A DNA stretch of 64,000 nucleotides. Origin: Pelomyxa schiedti (lineage: Eukaryota > Protista > Evosea). The notes beneath the pieces were generated by a model that saw only the letters and a list, made by a program, of their open reading frames with translations, made no database searches and was not told the DNA's origin. A program made the translations under genes and the position numbers. Shown here piece after piece: positions 11,459-23,727 of this stretch; the stretch's first letter is position 1; each line of letters starts with the position of its first letter. The stretch lies in assembly GCA_020536535.1 (NCBI GenBank), contig JAHLWZ010000801.1:1-64000 (forward strand), read 5' to 3'.

Positions 11459-14400
11459 ATGCCGGTGCGAGGAAGGCAACAGCGACGACGAGGCGGAGGC
11501 GGCGGAGGCAGCACCGGGGGCGCCCCGTCGGCCTCCAGGAGGAACAAGCACAAGGCGATAGTGCGAGCCATCAGGGCCACCACGACGTCGGCGCAGCAGC
11601 AGCAGCAGCAACAACAACGCCGCCGGGCCTCGCAGCAGCAGCAGCAATCACAGCAACAGCAGCGGGCGCAGCAGGAGGGGCGACGGCAGGCCGCGGGGGG
11701 CGCGGCGATCACGCAGCGGCAAGTCCAGCAGGGGCGGCGGGAGGGAGATTACGACGAAGGGGAAGGCGGCGACGGCGACGACGAGTCGGGAGAGGATCCC
11801 GAGGGAGACAGCCAGGAAGAAGACGAAGACGAAGACGCAGACCCGGACGGGGACGGGGACGAGGACGAGGACGGGGAGGGGGAAGAAGAAGATGAAGATG
11901 AAGAAGAGGGGGAGGAGGGCGACGGCGGGGGCAGCAGCGGGGGGTCTGGGGACCTATTGTCGGACGAGGAGGAGGAGGAGGCGGGGGCGGCGGGGGGCGA
12001 GGACGGCGCGGGGCAGTACGGGGGCGGGAGGGGGGCCTGCAGCGACGCCGACGCGGGCGGCGGCGGCGGGGGCGAGAGCGACTACGAGAGCAAGTACTAC
12101 GTCGAGGAGGACGACGACTACAACGAAGCCGAAGAGGAGGCGGAACCAGAGGCCGAAACCGGATCAGGAGGCGCCGCTGGGTGTGGCGCCGACGGGGAAG
12201 GAGACGGCGACGGGACTCCGAGCCCAAAGGACGACGGTACTGTTGCTGATGGTCACTGCGGCGGCGGGAGTTCGCAGCAGGAGGATTGTGGGAATACAAG
12301 CAGCTCGAGCCCGTCTACATCGGCGCATGAAAAGTGCAGGTCGAATGATAACCCTAGTGGAGTATTGTTGTTTGAGTATCTTCCTTGGGTGCACTATAAT
12401 CCTGTATGTGACAACTTCTACTGGCCTTTTTCCCCACTTACGTGATTCGTATCTCTTTTTTTCCACAAGCCTTCATTAGCCAATTCATCAGCTTCTATCT
12501 CTGAGTCTGCTGGTGTTCTTCTGGTTATCTACACAACAGGGCACGTTTTTTTCCAACCTCTTACAGAAAAAACCAAACTTTTGCAGCCTGTGTGTGAGCG
12601 AAGCGTTGTGGTAGATGACATCGCAACATCCCCAGTTCCATCAAACTTGGTTTCTCTTGCCACTAATGCCGTAGTCATGACTCCACAATCCGTTGCACAT
12701 TCCGAGCAAGTGACACAACTCCCAAACGGGACTTTGAGAACGTCAACCCCGCCCAAGGACACCACAGGTAGTTCAACAGTGGAAACTACCTGTGCCGACA
12801 ACGCCCAAAAGCCAGTTTCACCATCAATAGTGAATGACCCACTGTCGAAGTCTTTCCTTTCCCCACAAGCAACATCTGCTAATGCTCCAACCGCCAATAC
12901 AATAACTCGGCACGTGATAAAAGATATCACCCTCCCCCACACAAGTATGTTGCACGTTGCCACATTCACCTTTGAACAAATCAAACCACGGAAGCTACTG
13001 CTCAGTCCTTGCAAGAGATTGCTGCTCATTCTTGGTTACATGAGACACAACCGCAGTGAACTTGTAGTGTATGTGCGCATCTTATCCCTTCTTTTTACTG
13101 TTGAATATTAATATTGTTTCTTATATCGATACAGGTTCAAAATACACACTTCACCAGCACCGTATTTCGAGATAATATTCCGTGATCTTAGTCTGTCTTA
13201 TAGAGATGTGTGTTTCAGTCCCAATTCTTGTCATCTGGCAGCACTTCTTACCAGAGCCCCTGGGTGCTTGTGCACTGTTCCTCTCCCGTGCGTTTCCCCG
13301 CCGATATATACTGCAGCAGGACTTGCTCCTTCTACTTCTTGCTCTCATAACAGGATCAACCTTAGCTATGGCGTTGGAGAGGGACACACTGGGTACCTAC
13401 ATTTTGAGTCACGAGAAGCTGGACCTGTTTTTTGTGCTGGACCTGTCAACAACGTGTGGGGTGCACCTCTGTGTATGACGCGGATAGCGTGCAACCCTTG
13501 TGTGCGTGTTATGGGGCACACATGTGGTCCAGGGGGAGTGAGTGGAGGATTCCATTACGTCACATGGTGTACCGGCGGAGGATGTGACTGCAGCTCCGAA
13601 TGTGGGAATGGGGAATACTGCCTCTGGTCTCTGGATACGTGTTCCGGTGCCCCAGGTGGGGTCTGTGGATGTGGGACGGGTAGCAATGGTGCCTGTAACT
13701 GCGGTGGAAAGTATTGCGCCAGATTGAGAACAAATCCCAATTCCCAACATTATCACACTAGTGTGCCTCTTCATCAACACCCACAGCACACAAAGCACAA
13801 AAACCCTGATTTCAGACCAACATACAGTTGGTGGCCAAGACTCCTGATATCTCGAATCACAAATCAGCAGTGGTTTCAGGTACCACATTGTCTGATGTTT
13901 ATCCAGCTTACAAACCACAAAAGGATCCAAGTACTCCAAAAAATTATATCGAAGACATACAATTTTGTTGTACTTGCCCAGTTTGTGAAGCTACACAATG
14001 GAGTCAGTTTCCACGAGGCCTTGGCGAAGTAGGATGCACTCAATGCGAACACAGTGGATGGCTGAAGCTGTTGTTTGCAGTGAGGAGAACCTGTTATGGC
14101 ACTCCTAGTGACAACGGAATCGGACTTCAGATGATGTGTATCGATAGAGGTCCGCCACCTCTCCAATGTATGCACCAAAAAGTGTTGTTGCATCTTAAAT
14201 CCACCAATTTCTTAGATGACTTGAACTTTCCTGAACCTCCTTGGTTTCAGGTAACGGATTCAATTGACCCAACTGACATATTGTGTGTGAAATGGACTCA
14301 CACACTACTGATTGGGTCGATTGTCAGTGGTGCCATCATTGTAAAGGTGATTCATTTGCCTACGAGTTGCTTTTACCTCAGTTACGCCAATAGGGGAAAG

Positions 14401-15348
14401 GGATGAGTGAGCTTGTAGATAACTGTTACAGTTCAGCATTCCTATCTCTTGACAACGATTTCACCCAAACAGCAGTAAATTTTACTCAATACGGAAGGTA
14501 ATTATCAACGGCAAGAGGAGCTTTCTAATTCATGTAGATATTACCGTTTCTGGACGGACATAGCCGGAAATGTGCGTGTACTCCTTGTGACACAGCAGAC
14601 TCCCACTATCCACCCAGAGTGGCGAGATCTCACACGCTGCAGAGCCGACTTAGTGAAGCTTAGACTTCTGGCTAGCAGGGTGGGTTACTTTATCAATGAT
14701 ATATCAATGGGTCAGTCTGTATACATGATGCTTTCCTGTCTGTGTGTGCCGTTATGAATTTTCTCCCTCAACGCTTTGTGCTCTTGTCCTTTCCTTGTGT
14801 TCCCTAAATCCCAACCTAAAATCTACACAGACTCCAAAAAAAGAACAGACGCCACCTACATGAAGCTAAAACTACCAAACTACCTTACCGATTCTGCGCC
14901 ACAAGCACAACCGGCTAAGACTAAGCATCCCGCGTCAGTTCAAAACACCTCATCCGCAACCAAAACAGCAACAACCACGCCCAGCACCACCAGCACCACG
15001 ACTATTTGTGCGACTAGCAAGACAAGTGGCACAAATTTGTGGTCAGGTGGAAAAGAACTGGCTAGTGCAGTTATAGGCCTACACTTACACCGGTGCCATC
15101 AGTGCCGAGTTGTACTAGGGAAACCTCTTCGCTGTGGTGGTTGCATGGCCGCCACCTACTGTTCAAAGGTTGACTATTTATCATAGCCCATTTGCTCCCT
15201 ACTGCATTACATAATAATAGTACCGGGGGTTCAAAATAACTCATTCCTTTCACAGGAATGCCAGAAACAACACTGGGCAAAACACCGCAGTTCATGCAAC
15301 ACTTGCACAAGAAAAGAATCACTGCATACCCCTGGTTCTCAGCACTAG
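11459..15348 (+). CDS. MYND zinc-finger protein with poly-Q/acidic N-terminus, beta-propeller-like middle and Cys/Gly-rich insert
   Basis: C-terminal CHQCRVVLGKPLRCGGCMAATYCSK|ECQKQHWAKHRSSC is a MYND finger. DVCFSPNSCHLAAL resembles a WD40 blade. Single-gene model inferred from continuous + strand exons. Confidence 0.7.
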
Positions 15349-15582
15349 CAGGGGGAAAAAAAACAAAAAAATCCAACAAAAACTCTAGAAGGAATTTTTT
15401 TAGTGGAAGTCGGCCGACAGGCGATAAACAAATTTTCTGGGTACGGGATTGTATTTTTTTTCTGTTTGTCATTTTTTCAAACTAAGCCATCGCGATCAGC
15501 GACGATCTCGGGTGCGACGCCCACCGTAACGAGAGAGATCATAAAGAGGGTGTAAGGTCTGATCTATTGATACTAGTTCTGC

Positions 15583-16708
15583 ATGGCGGCAACATCCACA
15601 ACATCTAGTAGTACAACAACGGCGAGCGCGTCGGCGAGCGGCACACCGGGGCTGAGATCTCACTCCGTGACGACGGAGGAGTTGAACGATTTCAGAGCGA
15701 TTTGCGGTGACTCAACTGGTTGGGAGTTACAAAACAAAGAAGCCAAGTACAACCTGTCCGTGTGGACGAAAAAGGTACCCTTTCTCTCCCCTTTTCCTTT
15801 TTCTCCTTTTTCGCTTCCTCCCTAACATGCATGTACAAAGACACCCGATTCCGAAGTTCTACAGCTCAAACTTTATGCGGAGTTCGAGGACGTACCTCCT
15901 GAAGTTATGTATGACGTCGTTCTCGATACTGCCTTTGGCTGGGTACACCTTGAACATACTATCTTGTGCTAAACCTCACAAAATACCAAGGAATGGGACG
16001 AGCACCGCACCAGGTCTCAGTCAATTGCTAACCCGTGCCCTTACGTAGAGTACTGCTATTATGCCGCTAAGGTACACGACACTAAATGCATTCTTCCTGT
16101 AAATTTTGATAGATGCCGAATCCTTTACGTCCTCGAGACTGGGTTCTCCTGGTATCTCTTCTATTTCATATCACACCTTTGACATACGGTACAGTATCTT
16201 TGGGGACCATTCAACGCCGAAGAATCCATCATGTACAGCCGGTCAGTTGCACACCCTGACTGGCCAGAAACGAAAGGTCTTCTCGCCATCAATTTGTTAC
16301 TAAACTAACCTTGAAATACAGATCGTGTCCGGTAAACAGTTGGACCTTTTTTTTATGGAATTAACTAGAAACCAGGGCCAGAAGTTTGCTTTCTGGATAC
16401 CAAATCAAAAAGAAAGGTGCCGGGGTTTCCCTGAACTATATAGCCCAAAACGACTGGAACGGGTACAGCCTACTCAAATTTGATTTTCTCCCACATTCAA
16501 GTGTAGAGCTGTACCAGTTTTCCTCGTGAACCAATGCACTCGCATGATCGCACCGTCCATCATTGACACACTCCACAAAGCTTGCCTCAACTACCCAACA
16601 TGGAAGGCCACACACAACCCAGAGAAAAAAACTTGGCATACTGGAGTCCCTGACACATGTGGACCAGTTGACCTCAAGGAACGGAAAAGGTTGTTGAAGA
16701 AAACTTAA
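15583..16708 (+). CDS. START-domain lipid transfer protein (PCTP/STARD10-like)
   Basis: GWELQNKEAKYNLSVWTKK; FEDVPPEVMYDVVLD; EWD; YCYYAAK-MPNPLRPRDW; SRSVAHPDWP; VPVFLVNQ...LHKACLNYPTWKATHNPEKKTW. Confidence 0.85.
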
Positions 16709-16812
16709 ACTGCCACCAAGGAGGAACACAGTCCCTCGTTTTGTGCTTGTTGGCAACAAAAAGAAAGAGGATTTTTTTTTTAAACATTGGCAAAAATACT
16801 TTTTTATTAGAT

Positions 16813-18096
16813 TTAGGCCCACAACCCAATTACAGCCATGGCTGCAGCACCCAATGACATGGCCAATAAAAGCCAGTATCGTAGTAGTGGCTTTTTATCC
16901 AGAATTTCTTTGTGAAAGTCTTCAGCCACCATGTCCACTAGGGACATAAAGATTAAAATTCCACAACTCACACTGTCTAGAAGTCCTTGGGTGAGAAGAG
17001 ACTGATAAGAGTCCGCTTCGTTGATGAGTGAAAGGCCGATTCCAAGGGCTATTCCGCATGGCGTTGTGATGCTGAATACAGTGATCATGAAGAGCTGTCT
17101 TGGTACGGACAGTTGTGCTTCAGAGACACTTACACCCAGGGCTATGCCTTCAAAGAACTGATGGAATGTCAACGCAATGAGCAGTGCTTGTACGTCCGAT
17201 TCATCGGTTGAAGCACCCAAGGCCATTCCAATGATTATACTGTGTAATGCAATTCCAAATTCAAGTACATGAGCCACAACATATGCCTGAACTGTAACTC
17301 CAGGTTCTATGCAAGATTTGAGCACGAAGTTGGTGAAATTATGCTTGTAATGTAAAACACACTGAGCAGTGCATGTTCATGACCATGGTGTTCATGTTCG
17401 TGTTCATGTTCATGTTCAGGAGCATGGGCCTGGTTGGCTGTAGCATCATTTCCCTCTTCTACCAGATGTTTATACTGTATATTCTGTCTTGAATGAAACA
17501 AAGGTGCATGTAGTGTATTGAGTGTTGTAGTGCGAGTGTCCGCCTTCAAGCCTTTAGGGGGAGGGGAATGGAACGGATTTGAAGAAAGGCCACTAACATA
17601 ATAGTCATCATCATTTTTTCTCTTTCCAGGACTGGTGAGGGATTTTAAAGCGTGAGAGATTGCTTGCTCAAGAAGAAGCACAAGAATTATAGAGACCATA
17701 GAAATCAACAAGGATACAGGATATTCTACCTTGAAGTTATTTTAAGATGGGCTGTAGCTTTTGGAATTCGGGTAGCATACATCTGGCCAACATTCGGCCA
17801 ACAACTCCTGAGCGGATGGCATGATATGAATAAAGGCTGTGGCAATAACGACGCCAGCGCCAAACGTCTTCCCCAACATAAAAATCATGTGGTCAGCGGA
17901 GAGTTTAGTACATCCTCGTAATATCAACGGCGTGGAGACACCTTGCGAAAACCCAAATGAGGGAAAGAAATAACGCCAACTTTAACGCACCAGCACAACC
18001 ACAAAGCAGAATTGTGAAGATAGAAACAATCCGCAAAGTGAAGGATAAAGTATGAACTGGATCTATGTAGGAACTCTCACTGCCTTCACTCGACAT
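16813..18096 (-). CDS. ZIP-family (ZRT/IRT-like) zinc/iron transporter
   Basis: GKTFGAGVVIATAFIHIMP; His-rich loop HEHEHEHEHHGHEH; LEFGIALHSIIIG; LTFHQFFEGIALG; C-terminal MAVIGLWA. Confidence 0.93.
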
Positions 18097-18430
18097 TGAT
18101 CGGTCTTCGCACCCACCGTCGTCTTTTTGTACGCTCCCCAAACACCGAGGGAAAATATCAAGAAGTCAATGAACTTTTTCTCCAAAGGAGTCGTTCCCCT
18201 TTTCGATCCGGGAAAAGTGATCGTCTCACAGAGGATCTGTGGAGTCAACTCACCGAGAGTTTCCCGAATTACAGAGCGAGCTGTTCGAACCCCCACGAGC
18301 CACGCACAACTGCCTGTTGAGGCCTGAACCGAAGAAAGTGATGAATTGAAGGTTTCGAGAAACAGCGAGGAACGAAATCGCAGGAAGAAACTTTGATCTC
18401 TCTACTTAATTGCAACACCGGGGTAGGGCC

Positions 18431-21400
18431 ATGACTTCCGAAGCAAAAACAACCTCGACAGTTGTCACAGTCGTGCCTCCGACTGTAGATCATGCTGCCT
18501 CCAGGCCTGTCTCCGCCGTTGAAACCACTCTGCATTTGGTGATTTCTTTTTTTTTTTAATTTGGCAACCAGTAACACATGTAATGTTGTATTGACTTTTC
18601 CCCCTCCGAATCTATTATTAACAGAGGCTGAAAGAGCTCGATAGAATTTATGTGCCCCCACCACAGCCTGACGAGAGATACTCCTTTGAACTGTTTGGAC
18701 ACACTTACAACTTCGACGGTCTGAAGCAACTTCTTGCTGCTGCCGACTTTGCCAAGTCGGGCGATCAAGGCCTCGTCATTGTCACACATGTGGGACGAGA
18801 GGCAGCGAGGCAGGCACTGAGCGGCCTCACTCTTCAGCACATGTAGCCCACACTCCCACACCACCGGCATCGCGGTTTTTTTTTTTTCTTTTCCTTTTGG
18901 TTCTCAATTGCTCTCCCTGTATCTAGATATGATCACCCACTACTGGATGAAAGAGGCCAAGTTGACTCTGTTATGCGTGTGAACTACGATCTTGATATGG
19001 ATGTATGGCCAACTATTCGTAACATGACAGTGGGTCAGCTAAAAGACCGTGAGCTCATAGTCCTTCTGCCAAATCAGGGAATTCTTTGTTAACGTTCACA
19101 CCAGATTTGTTGAACAGTGATGCACCAGAGATTGCGAGAGTTGGGCGAGGGTTAACAGGTTGAGGTTCAAAGCCATTTCAGCCTCCCTCACTTTTTTTTC
19201 CCCTCTTGCTAGGTGTCATGATTGCTGCAGTTGCTAAGTTAATGGATATTCATGAGTTGATTTGCGTACCAAAGCGAATATCATTCCCATCAAAAGCTAG
19301 ATCCACATTAGGTGTTCCTGGCACTCTTTCTGCCCGACTTCAACCCAATCACCAAATGGATGATGTTGATGGCATTTCCTTCCTAACGTGTGTTTATCTT
19401 GTTGCTTCTTGTATGTTCTACCATTCACTACTGGAATTTTAATGTTATAACAAAATCAATTATGTCTGCATACTTTATCCAGTAGTGTTGCAGTGAGGAA
19501 AATGGGTACTGACATAATTAGATACGTGGGACTCTCAATGGGAGTTGGTGACTGCCTCATTGGAGTTAATCCAGCAATTGACACACCTGACAGCATGTCT
19601 CGAGTACTTACTCGCCTCAATTCAATCCGGGAGAAATTTGATATTCCTACACAAATTTGCACATTAGGACATGTTCGTACACAATTGGCTTGCATTGAGC
19701 GAGGTTCCAGTTTTATTGCACAATACAACTATTCACCTTCAAAGGTGCTCCTTTGGACATCTTGTTCCAAAGTATTGCAGGGACAGATCGCGTTTTATCC
19801 GAGGAGTTTGATGTCACTGTTGACTTGCTTGACAGTGCTTATTATACAATGCTGAGAAATGCAAAAAGAACTGGTATAACAAAGAATTTCATGTATTTTG
19901 AGACAGGTCAAGGAAGGTATTCGCGTGGGTGTCTCTTTGTAGCTTACTTGCACCTCCAGTGAAATGACCTATGGAAAAAACAATGGAATTGATATGACAA
20001 CTTGCGAGGTTTGTCTATTTCTGTTTCGTACTCAATGTTCATCAACAACCAAAGGCTTTGAAGTATGGACTTGCAAGAAGATATTCTCCCTTTATGGTCA
20101 ATAACGTAACAGGTATGTCATTTGGAGATATTCTCCCTTTATGGTCAAATTTAAAATAACTTAGCTTCACAGGCTTTATTGGCCCAGAAACTCATAAGGA
20201 CAGCATGCAACTTATTGTTTCTAGTCTTCAAGATAACTTCTGTGGCAAAGTTCTGGGGCTTCCAATGGGCATGGATCCGTGCTTTACTTTGCATTCACAA
20301 ATTACTATCGAAGCTCAGCAAGTAATCTTGTTCTGAATTCTCATGTAAACCCTAATGTCTACCAATAGATGGCTACACAGTTGTGCACCGCTGCTGGAAC
20401 AGCATTTTTTATGGATGTATACTTGGTTAGTACAAAGCACAAATGTAACTTCAACTGACTTTGTTCTCTCAAGAATTCTGATAGGATGCTTGGCTATTTT
20501 ACAACAAGTGGCCATAACGTGCAGACTCTGCGGGAGGTAACCGAACCTGAGTCGTCACACGAATCTAAATGTAACACCCACTTTCAGGTGCATGCACTGC
20601 AACCGGCAGCAGAGTTTGCAAAATGGGGTATCAAACGAGGCATATTTGTGGAAAAGGATGGTCTAATCAAGCGTGGTCCCAACTGGGGGAACCCAAGAAT
20701 CTTCTGTGAAAATGAAGAAGAATTCCAGAGGCTAAAGAAGGTTTCTCTTCCTCGTTTCCTTCCTTGGGTTTATGTTTTCGCTAGCCCACCAACATGCTTT
20801 GGGGGCTTGAAAGTGCAGGACCCTGCCCTGCTAATAAGGTTCAACGAACTATGCGCGCAAGTATACCATCTCTCAGACACAACGTCACCCCTCACATACA
20901 AAGATATGGAAATCGCAAAGGAGGCTGTTTTTTCCGAATTAAATTTAGCCAAGCTCTCTGCTTTTGAGTATGGATTGCCCTTTTTCCACTTGAACCAACC
21001 TGTTCAGGTTCCGTATTATTGGAACCCAAGCTCCTTCCAAGGAAAAGTACTTGGGAGATCCCATTCTTGGGCAGAAGTTGGATCCCACTTCAAGAACAAA
21101 ATTAACTGCAGAGAGTATGGACATTCAGGTTCTCTTACTATCTTCATCACCAAGTTAACAAGATGCAATAGATTGTTATATCTGACGGCCTGAGTGCCGA
21201 AGCCATACATTACAATGTACCAATTATGTTGCCTATTCTTGAAGAGACTCTAAAAGCTTCCGGGTATCTCTAAATTTGTCCGCTTTTGTTTTCTGAATGA
21301 GTCCATAGCGCACGCCTGGGAAAACTCATAGTTGCCCGATACGCCCGCGTGAAGCTGATAGAGGACCTTGGGGCCATTCTCAACCCCAAAGTTGTGGTTA

Positions 21401-21783
21401 TGCTCGTAGGCGAACGCCCCGGAGGCGGCGCTGATGCCTCCCGCGCACTCAGTGCTTATGTTGCCTACCACATAACTGATCCAGAAACACGAAATGCAGC
21501 ATTACGGCACAACAAAGGTGCATCACCCAGTGGGTGGGAATACAATGTGGTCAACAGTATCTACTCTGGGGGTCAAGACCCAGAATCGGCAGCCGAAGTT
21601 GTATCAACCCTTGTATTGAACATGCTCAGGCTGAGAGCAGGCGGAAACAGGCTGTCAGCCCTGCTGGAGGCTGAAACGAAGGCAAAGAGCTCTGGTGGAG
21701 GAGTCAGTGGGAGAGCTGAGGCCCTTCCGCCAAAGCAGGAAACACCATCAGCCTCCCCCACCCCCTCTTCAACAAAGAGTTAG
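18431..21783 (+). CDS. eutBC: ethanolamine ammonia-lyase, fused large (EutB) and small (EutC) subunits, ~17 introns
   Basis: EutB motifs: LFGHTYNFDGLKQLLAAADFAKSGD, TLGVPGTLSARLQPNH, GLSMGVGDCLIGVNP, KFDIPTQICTLGHV, LFQSIAG, MYFETGQGS, YGLARRYSPFMVNNVTGFIGPE, GKVLGLPMGMDPC, MLGYFTTS. These continue without a stop into EutC motifs: SAGP, AKEAVFSEL, IVISDGLSAEAI, RYARVKLIEDLG, VMLVGERPG, SIYSGG. Confidence 0.93.
20079..20148 (+). repeat. 23-bp exact direct repeat, one copy in an exon and one in the following intron of eutBC
   Basis: agatattctccctttatggtcaa at 20079-20101 and 20126-20148. Confidence 0.9.
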
Positions 21784-21907
21784 AAGTACAACCAATCATT
21801 CAATCAATTCATTAAAATATCAAACACCTTGGCAAGTAAGTTAAACTTGCTGCTGTTCAAGCAAGGTTGAGCTTTTGGAAAGGGGAGGAAAAAATTCGTT
21901 TCTTCTA

Positions 21908-23083
21908 CTAGTACCTCAAAAAAGAGCCTCCCACAGACAGGAGGCCTTGTTGCTCCAAGGAAGGCAATATTGCTGTGCCGGGAGTAGAGCAGCTGGGGGT
22001 TGTTGCATTTGTGGAAGGGGAGGATGGGCTTGCTGTTGGCGGGGGTTTCACTGCAACTGCTACCGCGGCGGCAACGGCTGCTGCTACTGCGGCTGCTGAG
22101 GGTTTGGGAGTTGGTGGTGGGGTGACAGTGATACTGGGGGGGAGGGAGTTGTTTGCAGTGGTGGGCGGTATGCTAAGTGAAAGCATGGAGGCAAGGGAGG
22201 AGGAAAAGTTGCGAGTTGGGCCATTACGGGCGGTAGAGGGTGGAGAACCACATGGGGATGTGATGTCCTCAATCCCGTTAGGGGGAGAAGAGGATAGCCC
22301 AGACTTGGTGTGTATGGCGGCGGTATGTGAGGCTGTAGTAGAAGTAACAGAAGAGCTCAGCGGAAGTGTTGTAGTAAACACATTTGATATTGGTGTGCCG
22401 GATAGCACAGTTGGTGACAACAGTGGTGATGTGGGTGCACCCACACACTTCTGTTGGTGCTTCTGTAATGTTTGTTGAATACCACTCTGCTGACTGGTTG
22501 TGGTCGGGAGCTGTTGCACTGGTAGAGGTGGTTGCAGGGGTTTTGGTACCACAACGTCTTGTCTCATTGATGTACGTCGCACCTTTGCGCGTTTGTTTTG
22601 AAACCATATCTGTATCCTGCGCGTGGACATTCCCAACTCTGCAGCAAGGTGAAGCCGTGTCTGTTGGTTTGGCATGGTATTTGTTTGAAACATCATTTCT
22701 AGCAGGTCTAACTGCTCGGGGCTAGTGCGTTGGCGCTTAGGCTTTGGAGCTGGCATTGGGGGGTGAGGTACAGGGGTATGTAAGGTAGCTGGTGCGGTGG
22801 GACTTTGAGACAGCTTTAAGAGTAATACGGCAGCATCGGTAAGGTCACTGTGTAATAGTGAATGAGGGTGAAATGGCATTCAAGACGAAGATGTGAGGGA
22901 AAATAAGATATGGTGGGGGTGGTACTCCTCGTCCTCGGTCTCTCCTTGAGGAGCATCCTCATCCTCTTCTTCATCATCTACTTCCTCTTCACTTAGAGAA
23001 TCCAGCTCCTCCGGGAAGCGCTTCCGTGGGACGGAAAGTGGCCCACAGCGCATCACCGAAGAGCCATTAACAACCCCTGACAT
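21908..23083 (-). CDS. homeobox transcription factor (two exons)
   Basis: PKRQRTSPEQLDLLEMMFQTNTMPNQQTRLHLAAELGMSTRRIQIWFQNKRAKVRR, a canonical homeodomain with Q50. Acidic first exon in ORF 22880-23083. Confidence 0.92.
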
Positions 23084-23727
23084 CGTGTTCTACTGGTGTT
23101 GCTGTAATGCAATCAGAAAAAAAAAAACCAAGCTAAGCTTAGTTAAGAGGTAAAAAAAAAACGCATAGGAAAACCTACCATAAAAAACGACATCGTGAAC
23201 TTAATAACGAAAGGGAGAAAAAACGCGAAACCGCGTCGGTTCGAGGAACGTAAACCAACCTCAGTTGTTCGAAAGACCGACAACGTCGAAGGCCTTCGTT
23301 CTTGTTCGAAAGCGAGGGGAGAGTGGCAAATTGAAAACCAATTTTAATTTAATAAATGAAATTGTAACGGTTTCACGATAACGCACAGAATCCGAGCGAG
23401 GGTTATTATTATGATCCTAGAATGCACAATTCGACATTTTTGATGTTTCGAACGTTTATATTCCAGATCCAGCTTGTTGGGAAAGTACCCATTCAACCTG
23501 CTTTTGGTTCTGTAAGAGGCGTGGCCTGGGTGAGGGTCGTTGCGGGCAGAACAACGATGTTGTTTTTCTGTGTTATCTTTGCTCATACACATCTTTGTAA
23601 TGACGAGGTACCCGATACACAGGGAGCTCATAAGGTGGGTCGGTTGGCTGGTGTCTTGTTGAGCATGAACTCCCTGGTTCTGTGAATGTAGTTGGTCACC
23701 CTTCACCGAGAAAAAAGTTCTCACCGC

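Noticed and set aside
11401-12479. Many long overlapping ORFs on both strands (also at 2056-2646, 7316-8229, 30293-31269, 43059-43553, 57407-57918)
   Set aside because: These are shadow frames caused by stop-poor GC-rich low-complexity first exons.
18431-21783. eutBC as bacterial contamination or a chimeric contig
   Set aside because: The gene has ~17 spliceosomal introns of the same style as flanking eukaryotic genes and host-like composition.
22877-22882. Abutting in-frame ORFs of the homeobox gene separated by one TGA, suggesting readthrough
   Set aside because: The stop lies in a pyrimidine-rich stretch bounded by a plausible GT donor (~22925) and CAG acceptor (~22848), so an ordinary intron explains it.
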